Assembly: GCA_020722095.1 (NCBI GenBank)
Contig: DYLM01000001.1
Location: forward strand, 49,152 to 113,151
DNA from: Chloroherpeton thalassium
Lineage (GTDB): Bacteria; Bacteroidota; Ignavibacteria; Kapaibacteriales; UBA2268
DNA: 64,000 nt
Direction of reading: 5' to 3'
Shown piece by piece: positions 50,242-61,093 of the stretch. Each line of letters starts with the position of its first letter. The first letter of the stretch is position 1. Position numbers and translations under genes: made by a program. Under the pieces are notes generated by a model, which was not told where the DNA came from, ran no database searches, and saw only the letters and a program-made list of their open reading frames with translations.

Positions 50242-50454
50242 ATGGAAACATTAAAAAATATATTCAATTTCTACAAGGAAGGTTTTAATAATCTTTCGGG
50301 GGTTGGTAAAAAACTTTGGTTAATAATCTTTATCAAACTCTTTGTGATGTTTGCTATCCTAAAGATTTTCTTTTTTCAAGATTTTTTATCGTCCAAAGCC
50401 GATACTCCACAAGAAAAAGCAAACTATGTTATAGATAAATTAACTAATTTTTAG
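50242..50454 (+). CDS. small cyd-associated membrane protein (DUF4492-like)
   Basis: 70 aa with one transmembrane helix, immediately upstream of cydA. This arrangement is seen in Bacteroidetes. Confidence 0.5.
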   Translation: METLKNIFNFYKEGFNNLSGVGKKLWLIIFIKLFVMFAILKIFFFQDFLSSKADTPQEKANYVIDKLTNF

Positions 50455-50462
50455 AGGTATTT

Positions 50463-52016
50463 ATGGGAAATATTGACTTCTCCTTAGTGGATTGGTCGAG
50501 AGCACAATTCGCTCTTACAGCAATGTACCACTGGATTTTTGTTCCTCTTACTCTTGGACTTTCTTTCATCTTAGCGATAATGGAATCCATTTACGTAAAG
50601 ACTGGAAATCCTGAATGGAAGGACACGACGAAGTTTTGGATGACTATTTTTGGAATAAACTTTGCAATTGGTGTTGCAACAGGTATTATTCTTGAATTTG
50701 AATTTGGCACAAACTGGTCAAATTATTCTTGGTTTGTGGGCGACATTTTCGGCGCACCACTTGCTATCGAAGGTATAATGGCATTCTTTATGGAATCCAC
50801 CTTTATTGCAGTTATGTTCTTCGGCTGGAATAAAGTTAGCAAAAAGTTCCATTTGGTTTCAACTTGGTTAGTAGCGATTGGCTCTAACTTATCTGCTCTT
50901 TGGATTTTGGTAGCTAATGGCTGGATGCAATTACCAGGCGGTACTAAATTCAATCCCGACACAGCTCGCAACGAAATGATTGACTTCTGGTCAGTTTTAT
51001 TCTCGCCAGTTGCAATTAACAAATTCTTACATACTGTAACTTCTGCTTATGTGTTAGCAGCTATTGTAGTGATTGGAATAAGTGCATATTATTTACTAAA
51101 AAGCAAGCATTCATTATTTGCAAAGAAAAGTATTGTTGTTGCTGCTGTTTTCGGTTTAATTTCTTCCTTATACCTTATTACAACTGGTGATGGTTCTGCA
51201 AAGCAAGTTGCTAAATATCAACCAATGAAATTGGCAGTTATGGAAGGTTTATACGAAGGTTCAGAAGGTGCTCCTTTGCAAGCAATTGGCGTGTTAGTAG
51301 ATGCCCCAACAGACAAAAATCCAAACCAAAAAGAAGTAAAAATGAATATTGCTCTTCCTGGTGGATTATCTTTCCTTTCATTTGGTGATTTCAATGCTTT
51401 CGTTCCTGGCATCAACGACTTACTTTATGGTAATTCAAAATACGGGATTGAACCATATCAAGATAAAATTGCTAAAGGAAAATTAGCAATTGATGCTTTG
51501 AGAAATTATCGCTTAGCTAAAAAAGCAGGAAATGAAGATGAAGCAAAACAACACTTGGCAGTTTTGAATGCAAATTACAAGTACTTTGGTTACGGATTCT
51601 ATTCTGGTCGTAGTGAACAAGAACTTGTTCCAGATGTACCACTTGTATTTTATGCATTCCATATAATGGTCGGTTTAGGTTCATATTTTGTAGTTTTCTT
51701 TATCTTAATGTTATTCTTAACAATGAAGAATAAAATACAAGACAATAGAATAATATTGATTTTGGCTGTTTTAACACTTCCATTGGCTTTTGTTGCTCAA
51801 CAAGCAGGCTGGATTGTTGCCGAAGTTGGTCGTCAACCTTGGGTTATTCAAAACTTAATGCCAACAATTGCAGCTGTGTCTCAAATCAGTTCTACTAATG
51901 TGATGATTACATTTGGTTTATTCTTGCTTGTTTTCACTGCTTTACTTATTGCTGAATTGAAAATTATTTTTGCTCAAATCAAAAAAGGTCCTGAAGCTCA
52001 TTCAGGTAATAATTAA
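50463..52016 (+). CDS. cydA: cytochrome bd ubiquinol oxidase subunit I
   Basis: 517 aa. Characteristic N-terminal helices and Q-loop. Confidence 0.9.
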   Translation: MGNIDFSLVDWSRAQFALTAMYHWIFVPLTLGLSFILAIMESIYVKTGNPEWKDTTKFWMTIFGINFAIGVATGIILEFEFGTNWSNYSWFVGDIFGAPLAIEGIMAFFMESTFIAVMFFGWNKVSKKFHLVSTWLVAIGSNLSALWILVANGWMQLPGGTKFNPDTARNEMIDFWSVLFSPVAINKFLHTVTSAYVLAAIVVIGISAYYLLKSKHSLFAKKSIVVAAVFGLISSLYLITTGDGSAKQVAKYQPMKLAVMEGLYEGSEGAPLQAIGVLVDAPTDKNPNQKEVKMNIALPGGLSFLSFGDFNAFVPGINDLLYGNSKYGIEPYQDKIAKGKLAIDALRNYRLAKKAGNEDEAKQHLAVLNANYKYFGYGFYSGRSEQELVPDVPLVFYAFHIMVGLGSYFVVFFILMLFLTMKNKIQDNRIILILAVLTLPLAFVAQQAGWIVAEVGRQPWVIQNLMPTIAAVSQISSTNVMITFGLFLLVFTALLIAELKIIFAQIKKGPEAHSGNN

Positions 52017-52036
52017 TTTTAGGGAGGATTATAATT

Positions 52037-53218
52037 ATGTTTGAAAATTTACCTTTAATCGCACTTCAACAATATTGGTGGGTCATTGTATCAGTATTGG
52101 GCGCTTTATTAGTTTTCTTATTATTTGTGCAAGGCGGACAAACAATGCTCGGCGTTCTTAGCCGCGATTCCTCCGAAAAAACAATGTTAGTTAATTCTAT
52201 TGGAAGAAAATGGGATTTAACATTTACCACTTTGGTTACTTTTGGTGGTGCTTTCTTTGCATCCTTCCCATTATTTTATTCCACCAGTTTCGGTGGTGCA
52301 TATTGGGTGTGGATGGCAATACTATTTGCATTCATTATCCAAGCAGTTTCTTACGAATATAGAACAAAAGCAAGCAATTTCTTAGGACAAGGCACTTATG
52401 AAATTTTTCTGTTCTTAAATGGTTTATTAGGAACAATACTTCTGGGAGCTGCGGTTTCCACTTTCTTCACTGGTTCACAATTCTTAGTTGATAAAATGAA
52501 CTTAGTAACTCTTGATTCTGGTAATATGCCTGTGATATCATCTTGGCAAACTCCATTCCACGGCTTGGAAGCAGTTTGGACATTGGAACATTTAGCTTTC
52601 TTGCAGAATATTGCTCTTGGGTTGGCAGTATTTTTCTTAGCTCGCATTAATGCAAATTTATATTTTATCAACAATATTAACGATTCTCAAATTGAGAAAA
52701 GAAGTAGAAGAGTATTAAAAACTAATACAATTTTCTTCTTAATTTTCTTCTTATTCTGGGTAATTAGATTGATGTTCCTTGATGGTTTTGCAGTTAATCC
52801 CGAAACAAAAGAAGTGTTTATGGAAAGCAATAAATACCTAAACAACTTACTACAAATGCCTTTAGTTCTCGTTTTATTCTTGCTTGGCGTTGTTTCAGTT
52901 CTTTTTGGTATATTCAAAGGTTTATTCACAACTGCTAAAAATGGGATTTGGTTCTCAGGATTAGGTACAGTTTTAACTGTATTAGCATTATTCTTCTTAG
53001 CTGGATTTAACAATACTGCTTACTATCCCTCTACTTACGACTTGCAAAGTTCGCTTACAATTGAAAACAGCTCTTCCAGCCACTTTACATTGACTGCAAT
53101 GAGTTATGTTTCTATATTAGTTCCATTTGTTTTGGCATATATTTTCTATGCTTGGCGCTCAATGGATAAGAAAAAGATTGATAGAAATGAAGTTGAATCA
53201 GATCCACATTTATATTAA
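52037..53218 (+). CDS. cydB: cytochrome bd ubiquinol oxidase subunit II
   Basis: 393 aa, polytopic, directly after cydA. Confidence 0.85.
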   Translation: MFENLPLIALQQYWWVIVSVLGALLVFLLFVQGGQTMLGVLSRDSSEKTMLVNSIGRKWDLTFTTLVTFGGAFFASFPLFYSTSFGGAYWVWMAILFAFIIQAVSYEYRTKASNFLGQGTYEIFLFLNGLLGTILLGAAVSTFFTGSQFLVDKMNLVTLDSGNMPVISSWQTPFHGLEAVWTLEHLAFLQNIALGLAVFFLARINANLYFINNINDSQIEKRSRRVLKTNTIFFLIFFLFWVIRLMFLDGFAVNPETKEVFMESNKYLNNLLQMPLVLVLFLLGVVSVLFGIFKGLFTTAKNGIWFSGLGTVLTVLALFFLAGFNNTAYYPSTYDLQSSLTIENSSSSHFTLTAMSYVSILVPFVLAYIFYAWRSMDKKKIDRNEVESDPHLY

Positions 53219-53236
53219 TAATAAGGAAAAAAAACT

Positions 53237-53344
53237 ATGACAAGATTAGTAATAGAATTGTTTACTTGGCCCGTACTTATTTATGTAAGTAAATTAGCCG
53301 TTGACTTTTTCATAAAGAAATTTGAGAAAAACGTTACAGAATAA
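53237..53344 (+). CDS. cydX-like 35-aa single-transmembrane mini-protein (putative)
   Basis: ATG 18 bp after the cydB stop, preceded by AAGGAAAAAAAACT. Translates to MTRLVIELFTWPVLIYVSKLAVDFFIKKFEKNVTE. Followed by a strong terminator. Confidence 0.4.
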   Translation: MTRLVIELFTWPVLIYVSKLAVDFFIKKFEKNVTE

Positions 53345-53370
53345 TTTCTCAATAAAATGAATCAATATAA

Positions 53371-53405
53371 ATGGCTGCTCAAAAAAATGAGTAGCCATTT
53401 TTTTG
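53371..53405 (+). terminator. rho-independent terminator of the cyd operon
   Basis: 11-bp stem ATGGCTGCTCA/TGAGTAGCCAT (one G-U pair), A6 loop, T7 tail. Confidence 0.75.
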
Positions 53406-53451
53406 TTAATCAGTTGAATTAAAATCAATTTGAAAATTTGAAATTATAGGG

Positions 53452-53763
53452 TTGTCATTCCCGTGCAAACGGGAATCCAGTGAAGCAAGATGAGGCTCTC
53501 TCATAAGCTAATTTTTTAAACATTTTAAAACCTTATTTAACCTACCAACCTTAGTAGAAAGCAATGAACCAAACCAAACCAATAACCTTATTTCCTAATT
53601 TTTTTAATTAAATATGTTAATAAGGTTTTGTGTGTAAAAATTGAAATTATTTCTACTAAGGTTAATAATGAAAATAAGGTTTTTCGATGTTATGTAATTC
53701 CCACAAACCATATCTTGATTGATGGAAATTGTTTTGTAAAAGCTGACTTATGAGACAGTCTCT
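53452..53763. mobile_element. MITE-like element copy (about 310 bp)
   Basis: GUCAUUCCCGUGCAAACGGGAAUCC GNRA hairpin at the left end. Termini GAGGCTCTCTCATAAG / GACTTATGAGACAGTCTC. Inverted internal CTACTAAGGTT...AATAAGGTTTT modules. Contains AAATAAGGTTATTGGTTTGGTTTGGTTCATTGC in reverse orientation. Confidence 0.65.
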
Positions 53764-53981
53764 TGGGGGTTTTATTCTTATTCTATATTTGGGTAGAGCA
53801 AGATATACCACTACAAGATAGAGGAAGTATTATTTATTAGAACCTACCCCTAACCCCGCCTGTACCGACATGCAGGGATCAGTGAAGGAGAAAAATTATT
53901 ATTAATAATAAAAAAAATGTCCGACATTTTAAAATATCGGACATCTAAAGGCAAATTGTTGTTTATCTAAATATTATTAAG

Positions 53982-56189
53982 TTATAACAAAGGAGCTAAT
54001 ATTAAAGATACGATAGACATAAGTTTAATTAAGATATTGATTGATGGACCTGAAGTATCTTTGAAAGGATCGCCTACTGTATCGCCAACAACTGCAGCTT
54101 TGTGAGGATCGGATTTTTTATAATATGTTTTACCATCAATAGTTATACCTGCCTCAATCATTTTCTTAGCATTATCCCAAGCGCCGCCAGCATTAGCTTG
54201 GAAAATAGCCATCAATACGCCAGATGCAGTAACCCCAGCAAGCATTCCACCCAAAGCTTCTTTGCCAAAGATAGGAATAAAACCAATGATTACTGGAGTA
54301 ATTACAGCTAATAAACCTGGAACAACCATTTCACGAATAGCGGATTTGGTTGAAATCTCAACACATTTTTCGTATTCAGCCTTTCCTTCAGCTTTATGGA
54401 ATTCAACTACATCTTCATTACTCCATTCTTCCATTTCCTTGCCATCATATTTCTTTATTAAATTTAAAGAATTTCGAAGTTCAGGAATAGAATTGAATTG
54501 GCGACGAACTTCTTCAATCATACTTTTAGCAGCACGACCAACAGCACTCATAGAAAGCGATGAGAAAACAAATGGAAGCAATGCACCAATGAATAAACCG
54601 GCCATTACATTAGCTTTTGAAATATCAATAGTAGGAATATGAGCTGCGGTCATATAAGCACCAAATAGAGCAAGAGCAGTTAAAGCAGCCGAAGCTATCG
54701 CAAAGCCTTTACCGATAGCAGCAGTAGAATTGCCAACAGCATCTAATTTATCAGTTCTTTCTCGCACTTCTTTTGGAAGTTCACTCATCTCAGCAATACC
54801 GCCAGCATTATCTGAAATAGGGCCATAAGCATCAACTGCAAGTTGAATACCAGTTGTTGCAAGCATACCTACTGCTGCAATAGCAATACCGTACAAACCA
54901 GCAAAGTGGAAAGCCCCGATAATAGCAAAAGCAATTAAGATAATTGGAATAGCAGTAGACATCATACCAATACTTAGACCTGCGATAATGTTTGTTGCAG
55001 GACCGGTAAGAGATTGTTCAACGATTTTGCGAACTGGAGATTTGCCGAAACCAGTATAATATTCAGTGATAATACCAATTAAAACTCCCGCAAGCAAACC
55101 AAATACTGTCGCCAAGAAAATTCCCCAAGAATAAACAGTATAAGTAGTTGAATATAATGGATCAGTGAATACAAATTGTTTTGGCAAAGCCCAATCAATG
55201 ATAAAGTAAGAAGCCACGAGCATTAAGAATGCAGCAATAAACGTACCGAAGTTCAATGCAGACTGGGGGTTGCCTCCTTCTTTTACTCTAACAAAGAATG
55301 TTCCAAAAATGGAGAAGATAATACCTGCACCAGCCAATAATAGAGGTAAAATAATAGCAGATAAACCACCAAAAGGAGTGGAAGTAAACTCAGGAATAGC
55401 TAAGAATGAAGCACCGAGAACCATAGTAGAGATAATTGAACCAACGTAAGATTCGAACAAATCTGCACCCATACCAGCAACATCACCGACATTGTCGCCA
55501 ACATTATCAGCAATAGTAGCAGGATTGAGTGGATGGTCTTCGGGAATGCCGGCTTCTACTTTACCAACCAAATCTGCACCAACATCAGCGGCTTTAGTGT
55601 AAATACCACCGCCAACACGAGCAAAAAGAGCGATAGAAGATGCACCAAAGGAAAATCCAGTTATAACAGTAATTACAGTATTAACAATATGAGGATCGTT
55701 AGGATTATTTAATAATCCGAACAAAGAAGCGTAAATCAAGAAAAGCAAGCCAATACCTAAAACACCAAGACCAACAACTCCCATACCCATAACGGAACCG
55801 CCGTTGAAAGCAACCATAAGAGCTTGATTAAGACTTGTGCGTGCAGCAGCTGTAGTACGAACATTTGCTTTGGTAGCAACTTTCATTCCGATAAAACCTG
55901 CCAACCCCGAGGCAATAGCACCAACAATAAAAGAGACACCTACCAAGTAGGAAGAATCAGTAGCAGTAGAGCCTTGTATCATCAGTAATATTGCAACAAC
56001 TACTACGAAGATTGCGATTACTTGATACTCTGCTTTAAGGAATGCCATTGCACCTTTGGAAATATAAGACGCAATATTTTTCATTTTGTCATTTCCTGGA
56101 TCTTGTTTGGAAATCCAAGCACTCCGTAAATATGTGAACAGCAATGCAATTAAACCAAGTACTGGAATAATTATCAAATAAGTAAACAT
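53982..56189 (-). CDS. hppA: membrane-bound H+/Na+-translocating pyrophosphatase
   Basis: 735 aa. [15 protein letters not shown] and DNVGDNVGD motifs. Confidence 0.9.
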   Translation of the reverse strand: MFTYLIIIPVLGLIALLFTYLRSAWISKQDPGNDKMKNIASYISKGAMAFLKAEYQVIAIFVVVVAILLMIQGSTATDSSYLVGVSFIVGAIASGLAGFIGMKVATKANVRTTAAARTSLNQALMVAFNGGSVMGMGVVGLGVLGIGLLFLIYASLFGLLNNPNDPHIVNTVITVITGFSFGASSIALFARVGGGIYTKAADVGADLVGKVEAGIPEDHPLNPATIADNVGDNVGDVAGMGADLFESYVGSIISTMVLGASFLAIPEFTSTPFGGLSAIILPLLLAGAGIIFSIFGTFFVRVKEGGNPQSALNFGTFIAAFLMLVASYFIIDWALPKQFVFTDPLYSTTYTVYSWGIFLATVFGLLAGVLIGIITEYYTGFGKSPVRKIVEQSLTGPATNIIAGLSIGMMSTAIPIILIAFAIIGAFHFAGLYGIAIAAVGMLATTGIQLAVDAYGPISDNAGGIAEMSELPKEVRERTDKLDAVGNSTAAIGKGFAIASAALTALALFGAYMTAAHIPTIDISKANVMAGLFIGALLPFVFSSLSMSAVGRAAKSMIEEVRRQFNSIPELRNSLNLIKKYDGKEMEEWSNEDVVEFHKAEGKAEYEKCVEISTKSAIREMVVPGLLAVITPVIIGFIPIFGKEALGGMLAGVTASGVLMAIFQANAGGAWDNAKKMIEAGITIDGKTYYKKSDPHKAAVVGDTVGDPFKDTSGPSINILIKLMSIVSLILAPLL

Positions 56190-56607
56190 TAAAACTCCTA
56201 TAAATTAATTTATTTATTTTTGATTATTATATGTAAAATTCTACTCAAAAATAACTATTTTTTTAGTTTAAAATAATAAAGAGAACAAAATTAATAAATT
56301 TTGGAAAAATATTCAATATAAAGTTGACTATTTTGATAATTCTTTTAATTTGAATACATTTAATTAATTATTTTCCTTGTTATTTGTAATTATACCAAAC
56401 CCAATACGTCTAAAAATAGTACTGTTTCAATCTTAATGCAATGAATATTGCGGTGGGTGAATTTTGTGTTGAATAGTTTTTCAAATTGTATTGTTTAATA
56501 AATTTTTCTACAAATTTACTTTTCAACTCTATCAGTCAATTTTTTCATTTTTTTGTAATTTTGACTTTTTTAAAATCAAAATCTTTTTCATATTTTTCAA
56601 TTAATCA

Positions 56608-57540
56608 ATGTATAATCAAAAATACCTGAATAAAATTACTTTAGGCGATTCACTCGAGTTAATCAAAAAATTAGATGAAAATTCAATTGACCTTGTGCTT
56701 ACCGATCCTCCCTATTTTTTGGATAAAATGGATAATAATTGGAAAGATGAAAAAGTTGCTGATGCTCGTAATCAAGCAGCAGTAAAGTCTCTTCCTTCGG
56801 GAATGGTATTTAACAAAAAACAAGGTTTGGAATTTTATAATTGGTTCAAGCAAATTTCTGCAGAATTATTAAGAGTGCTTAAGCCTGGAGCATTTTTCTT
56901 TTCATTTTCCAGTCCACGATTATACCATAGATTAGTTTCTGCAATAGATGATGCAGGATTTGAAATTAGAGATAATTTTATCTGGCTATATACTTTAAAT
57001 CAACCTAAAGCAATGAGTTTAAATCATTTTATTGATAAAATGGCAATTTCTGAGGGTGAAAAAGATGCTTTAAAAGACCAGTTTAAAGGTTGGAAAACTC
57101 CGCAAATTAAAAGTTGCTACGAACCAATTGTTATGGCACAAAAGCCAGTTGACGGAACTTTTTTGAATACTTTTATTGAATATGGAACAGGTCTTATCAA
57201 TACAGAAGTGAAGGTTGGGCAAAATATGTTTCCCACAAATGTAATGACAATTGAAAACATCAATGAAATCATAGACAAGTATTTTCTGATAAATAAGCCT
57301 AATAAAACCGAAAAGGGGGACATTAATCATCACAAAACAGTAAAACCAGTTGCTTTATGCGAGCATATCATAAAATTGACTTGTTTTAAAAAAGATGCAG
57401 TAGTATTAGATCCATTCGTTGGTAGTGGCACTACTGCAGTTGCAGCAAAATCGCTTGGAGTAAATTTCATTGGAATTGATATAAACCCAGAATACATAGA
57501 AATAGCAGAAAATAGATTGTCAAAAACAAGTACATTTTAA
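56608..57540 (+). CDS. beta-class DNA methyltransferase (N6-adenine or N4-cytosine), orphan
   Basis: 310 aa. Motif IV LVLTDPPYF precedes motif I VLDPFVGSGTT (beta-class order). No restriction endonuclease gene nearby. Confidence 0.8.
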   Translation: MYNQKYLNKITLGDSLELIKKLDENSIDLVLTDPPYFLDKMDNNWKDEKVADARNQAAVKSLPSGMVFNKKQGLEFYNWFKQISAELLRVLKPGAFFFSFSSPRLYHRLVSAIDDAGFEIRDNFIWLYTLNQPKAMSLNHFIDKMAISEGEKDALKDQFKGWKTPQIKSCYEPIVMAQKPVDGTFLNTFIEYGTGLINTEVKVGQNMFPTNVMTIENINEIIDKYFLINKPNKTEKGDINHHKTVKPVALCEHIIKLTCFKKDAVVLDPFVGSGTTAVAAKSLGVNFIGIDINPEYIEIAENRLSKTSTF

Positions 57541-57549
57541 ATAATCAAA

Positions 57550-58692
57550 ATGCAGATTAAGAAAATACATATTGAGCAATTTAGAAACCACAAGAATTCG
57601 ATTCTAACGCCTGATAATTTAATTAATATAATTTATGGTGCAAATGGCTCGGGCAAGACAAGCATTTTGGAGGCAATTACGATTGCAACCATCATCAAAC
57701 CATTTACAAATGTTGCAGATTTGAGTTTAGTTAATGTAAATTCTCAAAATTATGGAATTAAGATTGATTTTATTAATCATCTCAATTTGGATTATTCAAT
57801 AGAAATTAAATACGATAAAGTTTCCAAAAAAGAAATCAAAAATTCTTATGAAGATAATCCAAGAGCAAAGGACATAATTGGCATTGTGCCGGTGGTATTT
57901 TTATCACCAGATTTGAAAATTATCACATCGGGAACTCCCGAAAATAGGCGTGATTTTATCGACAGAATATTATCCCAAAGTTCTAAACTTTATGTTGAAG
58001 ATTTAATCAATTTCAAGAAAGTGCTAAAGCAAAGAAATTCTATTTTAACAAATTACAAAAGAAACGGCATTTTTGATAAAGACACTTTTCAAATTTACAC
58101 TGATTTATTTATAGAATTATCAGTTAAAATAATTCAGCGGAGAAGTAAGTTTATTATGGAATTTGACCCAATTTTCCAAAAATATTATTCAAAAATAACC
58201 AATCACAAAGAAAATGTTTCATTAGAGTATTTAATGAATAATAAAAATGAACTTGATAATTTTGATACAAATGAAATAAAAGATTATTTGGAGAATAAAT
58301 CTATGAATTTATATTTAGCGGAATTAGCTCGAGGTACTACCCTATTCGGTCCACAGAAAGATGAGATTTTGATACAATTAAATCAAGGGAATGCTCGCGA
58401 TTGGGCATCGCAAGGACAACACAAATCACTGCTAATTTCGCTTAAACTTGCAGAATTTGATTATTTGCTTAATTTTACTAACGAAACGCCAATTATATTG
58501 CTTGATGATATTTTTTCGGAACTTGACGATAATCGTTCTGAACTTGTTTTGGATACAATAATTGAAAAGCAAGCACAAACTTTTGTAACTTTGACAAATC
58601 CAAATTTATGGAAAAAAGATTTTAGTATTATCAAAGAAACAAAATTTTTCAAAGTACAAAATGGAGAAATTACTGATGGCAGAGATGATTAA
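57550..58692 (+). CDS. recF: DNA replication and repair protein RecF
   Basis: 380 aa. Walker A GANGSGKTSILEAI. Confidence 0.85.
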   Translation: MQIKKIHIEQFRNHKNSILTPDNLINIIYGANGSGKTSILEAITIATIIKPFTNVADLSLVNVNSQNYGIKIDFINHLNLDYSIEIKYDKVSKKEIKNSYEDNPRAKDIIGIVPVVFLSPDLKIITSGTPENRRDFIDRILSQSSKLYVEDLINFKKVLKQRNSILTNYKRNGIFDKDTFQIYTDLFIELSVKIIQRRSKFIMEFDPIFQKYYSKITNHKENVSLEYLMNNKNELDNFDTNEIKDYLENKSMNLYLAELARGTTLFGPQKDEILIQLNQGNARDWASQGQHKSLLISLKLAEFDYLLNFTNETPIILLDDIFSELDDNRSELVLDTIIEKQAQTFVTLTNPNLWKKDFSIIKETKFFKVQNGEITDGRDD

Positions 58693-58951
58693 CATAATTT
58701 CAAGTTTATTCCATCGCATTGGTCGAGACGATATTGTAATCAAATATCGAGTAATTAAAATTCTGAAGGAAATACTCCCCGAAAACATTAATTCCAAAAT
58801 TGAAGTTAAAGCATTTGCCAATGGAAAATTGAGGTTGAAATCTTCACATTCATTATGGGCTTCGGAAATCAGAACCAACAAATCTGCCATTATAAAAACA
58901 TTAAACGAAAAACTTGGCAGAGAAATTATCAAAGATATTTCGGTAAGATAG
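58661..58951 (+). CDS. DUF721 (DciA-like) protein
   Basis: 96 aa. Conserved recF-DUF721-gyrB position. Confidence 0.65.
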   Translation: MEKLLMAEMINIISSLFHRIGRDDIVIKYRVIKILKEILPENINSKIEVKAFANGKLRLKSSHSLWASEIRTNKSAIIKTLNEKLGREIIKDISVR

Positions 58952-59062
58952 TTATACTCAAAGTTAATTAACAAAATGAATATCAAAATCCTAACAAAGT
59001 ATTAACATTTCAAGGTTTTAAGATAAAAATTTCGTAATTTTGTAAATATAAAAAATAAAATT

Positions 59063-61093
59063 ATGTCAGAAGAAACAACAAAAAATCAAAGTTTAGCAGA
59101 TAGTTATAACGAAGATAGTATAAAGATTTTAGAGGGTCTGGAAGCCGTTAGGAAAAGACCTGCAATGTATATCGGCGATATTGGCGAAAGAGGTCTCCAT
59201 CACCTAATCCAAGAGGTTGTGGATAACTCGATTGATGAAGCTCTCGCGGGATATTGCAAAAATATTACAGTTACTTTGCACAAAGATGGCTCTTGTTCTG
59301 TGCAAGATGACGGACGTGGAATACCAACAGGACCGCACCCTGTTAAGAAAATTTCCACATTAGAAGTGGTGATGTGCACTCTTCACGCTGGTGGAAAGTT
59401 TGATAAGTCAAGTTATAAAGTTTCGGGTGGTTTGCACGGAGTGGGTGTATCTTGCGTTAATGCTCTATCAGTAGAAACAGAAGTAACTGTATTCCGTGAT
59501 GGAAGTATATTCAAACAAAGATATCACGAAGGAAAGCCAGTTGCTCCGGTTGAAAATGTTGGGAACACTAGAAAAACTGGTACATTAACTCGTTTCTATC
59601 CAGACCCAACTATTTTCAAGACCACTACTTTCAAATTTGCTAAAGTTAGCGAAAGATTAAGAGAATTAGCTTTTCTAAATTCAAATGTTACTATTAAACT
59701 TATTGATGAAAGGGAAAATAAAGAAGAAAAATTCCATTACGAAGGTGGTTTAGTAGATTTTATAAATTATATCGAAGTATCAGCTAATACTTACACCAAA
59801 CCAATAAGCATTACTGGCTGGGGCAAGTCTGATGTTGGAGCGGATATCCAAGTTGATGTTTGTTTGCAATATAATGATGGCTATAGCGAGAACGTTCTTT
59901 CTTATGTAAATAATATCAATACAATTGAAGGTGGAACGCACGTAACTGGATTTAGGGCTGCATTAACTCGCACTTTGAATAGTTATGCAAGCGAGAAAAT
60001 GCCGAATAATAAAGTTAAAGTCAATTTAACGGGAGATGATTTTCGAGAAGGTTTGATAGCAATCATTTCAGTTAAAGTCCCTGAACCACAATTTGAAGGT
60101 CAAACCAAGACAAAGTTAGGGAATGGCGATGTTGAAGGTGTGGTAAGGACTATAGTTGCTGAAAAATTAGATGATTATTTAGAGCATAATCCTATTGAAG
60201 CACGCAAAATTATCGAGAAAGCAGCAATGGCTGCCGAAGCAAGAATTAAAGCACGCCAAGCAAGAGAACTTGTGAGACGGAAAAATGCGTTGGAAAACAC
60301 AACTTTGCCAGGTAAATTAGCTGATTGTTCAATTAGCAATGCAGAAGAAACTGAAGTGTTCATAGTTGAGGGAGATTCTGCTGGGGGCTCTGCTAAACAA
60401 GGCAGAGATAGAAGATTCCAAGCAATATTGCCATTAAAAGGTAAGATTTTGAATGTTATTAAAGCCCGCGAACACAAAATTTTAGAAAACGAAGAAATTC
60501 GCACAATAATTCAAGCAATAGGAACAGGTTTTGGGCAAGAAGCAGATGTATCAAAATTGAGATATGGAAAAATTATCTTAATGGCTGATGCTGATGTTGA
60601 TGGTGCTCATATCCAGACATTGCTTCTAACTTTATTCTATACTTTTATGCGAGATATAATTGTAGAAGGACATTTATACCTTGCTCAACCACCTTTATAC
60701 AAAATAAAAAAAGGTAAGAAAGAAATTTATGCATTTGATGAGAAAGAAAGAGATGAAATAATACTATCATTTCAAAAAACTGACCCAAAAGCCAAAATTA
60801 TTTTATCTGAAGATTATGAAGGAGTTTCGAGTGAAGTTTCGGAAGAAACCGAACAATCCGAAATTAATATGAACGGAATAACAATTTCTCGCTTCAAAGG
60901 TTTAGGTGAAATGAATCCAGAACAACTTTGGGAAACAACAATGAACCCCGAAACTCGAACACTTTTACAAGTTGGAATAGGTGAAGCAGCAGAATCTGCT
61001 CGAGTTTTCCAAATGTTGATGGGTGATAAAGTTGAACCTCGCCGAGAATTTATAGAGCAAAATGCTATTTATGTAAAAAATTTAGATGCGTAG
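59063..61093 (+). CDS. gyrB: DNA gyrase subunit B
   Basis: 676 aa. GHKL ATPase, Toprim EGDSAGG, C-terminal tail. Confidence 0.9.
   Translation: MSEETTKNQSLADSYNEDSIKILEGLEAVRKRPAMYIGDIGERGLHHLIQEVVDNSIDEALAGYCKNITVTLHKDGSCSVQDDGRGIPTGPHPVKKISTLEVVMCTLHAGGKFDKSSYKVSGGLHGVGVSCVNALSVETEVTVFRDGSIFKQRYHEGKPVAPVENVGNTRKTGTLTRFYPDPTIFKTTTFKFAKVSERLRELAFLNSNVTIKLIDERENKEEKFHYEGGLVDFINYIEVSANTYTKPISITGWGKSDVGADIQVDVCLQYNDGYSENVLSYVNNINTIEGGTHVTGFRAALTRTLNSYASEKMPNNKVKVNLTGDDFREGLIAIISVKVPEPQFEGQTKTKLGNGDVEGVVRTIVAEKLDDYLEHNPIEARKIIEKAAMAAEARIKARQARELVRRKNALENTTLPGKLADCSISNAEETEVFIVEGDSAGGSAKQGRDRRFQAILPLKGKILNVIKAREHKILENEEIRTIIQAIGTGFGQEADVSKLRYGKIILMADADVDGAHIQTLLLTLFYTFMRDIIVEGHLYLAQPPLYKIKKGKKEIYAFDEKERDEIILSFQKTDPKAKIILSEDYEGVSSEVSEETEQSEINMNGITISRFKGLGEMNPEQLWETTMNPETRTLLQVGIGEAAESARVFQMLMGDKVEPRREFIEQNAIYVKNLDA

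Noticed and set aside
56190-56607. oriC in the 420-bp AT-rich gap next to recF/gyrB
   Set aside because: No TTATCCACA/TGTGGATAA DnaA boxes were visible. dnaA and dnaN are not in the window. Left as a low-confidence remark inside the methyltransferase finding.
56190-58700. Restriction-modification system around the DPPY methyltransferase
   Set aside because: Both neighbours (hppA, recF) are housekeeping genes. There is no candidate endonuclease, specificity subunit or controller ORF.
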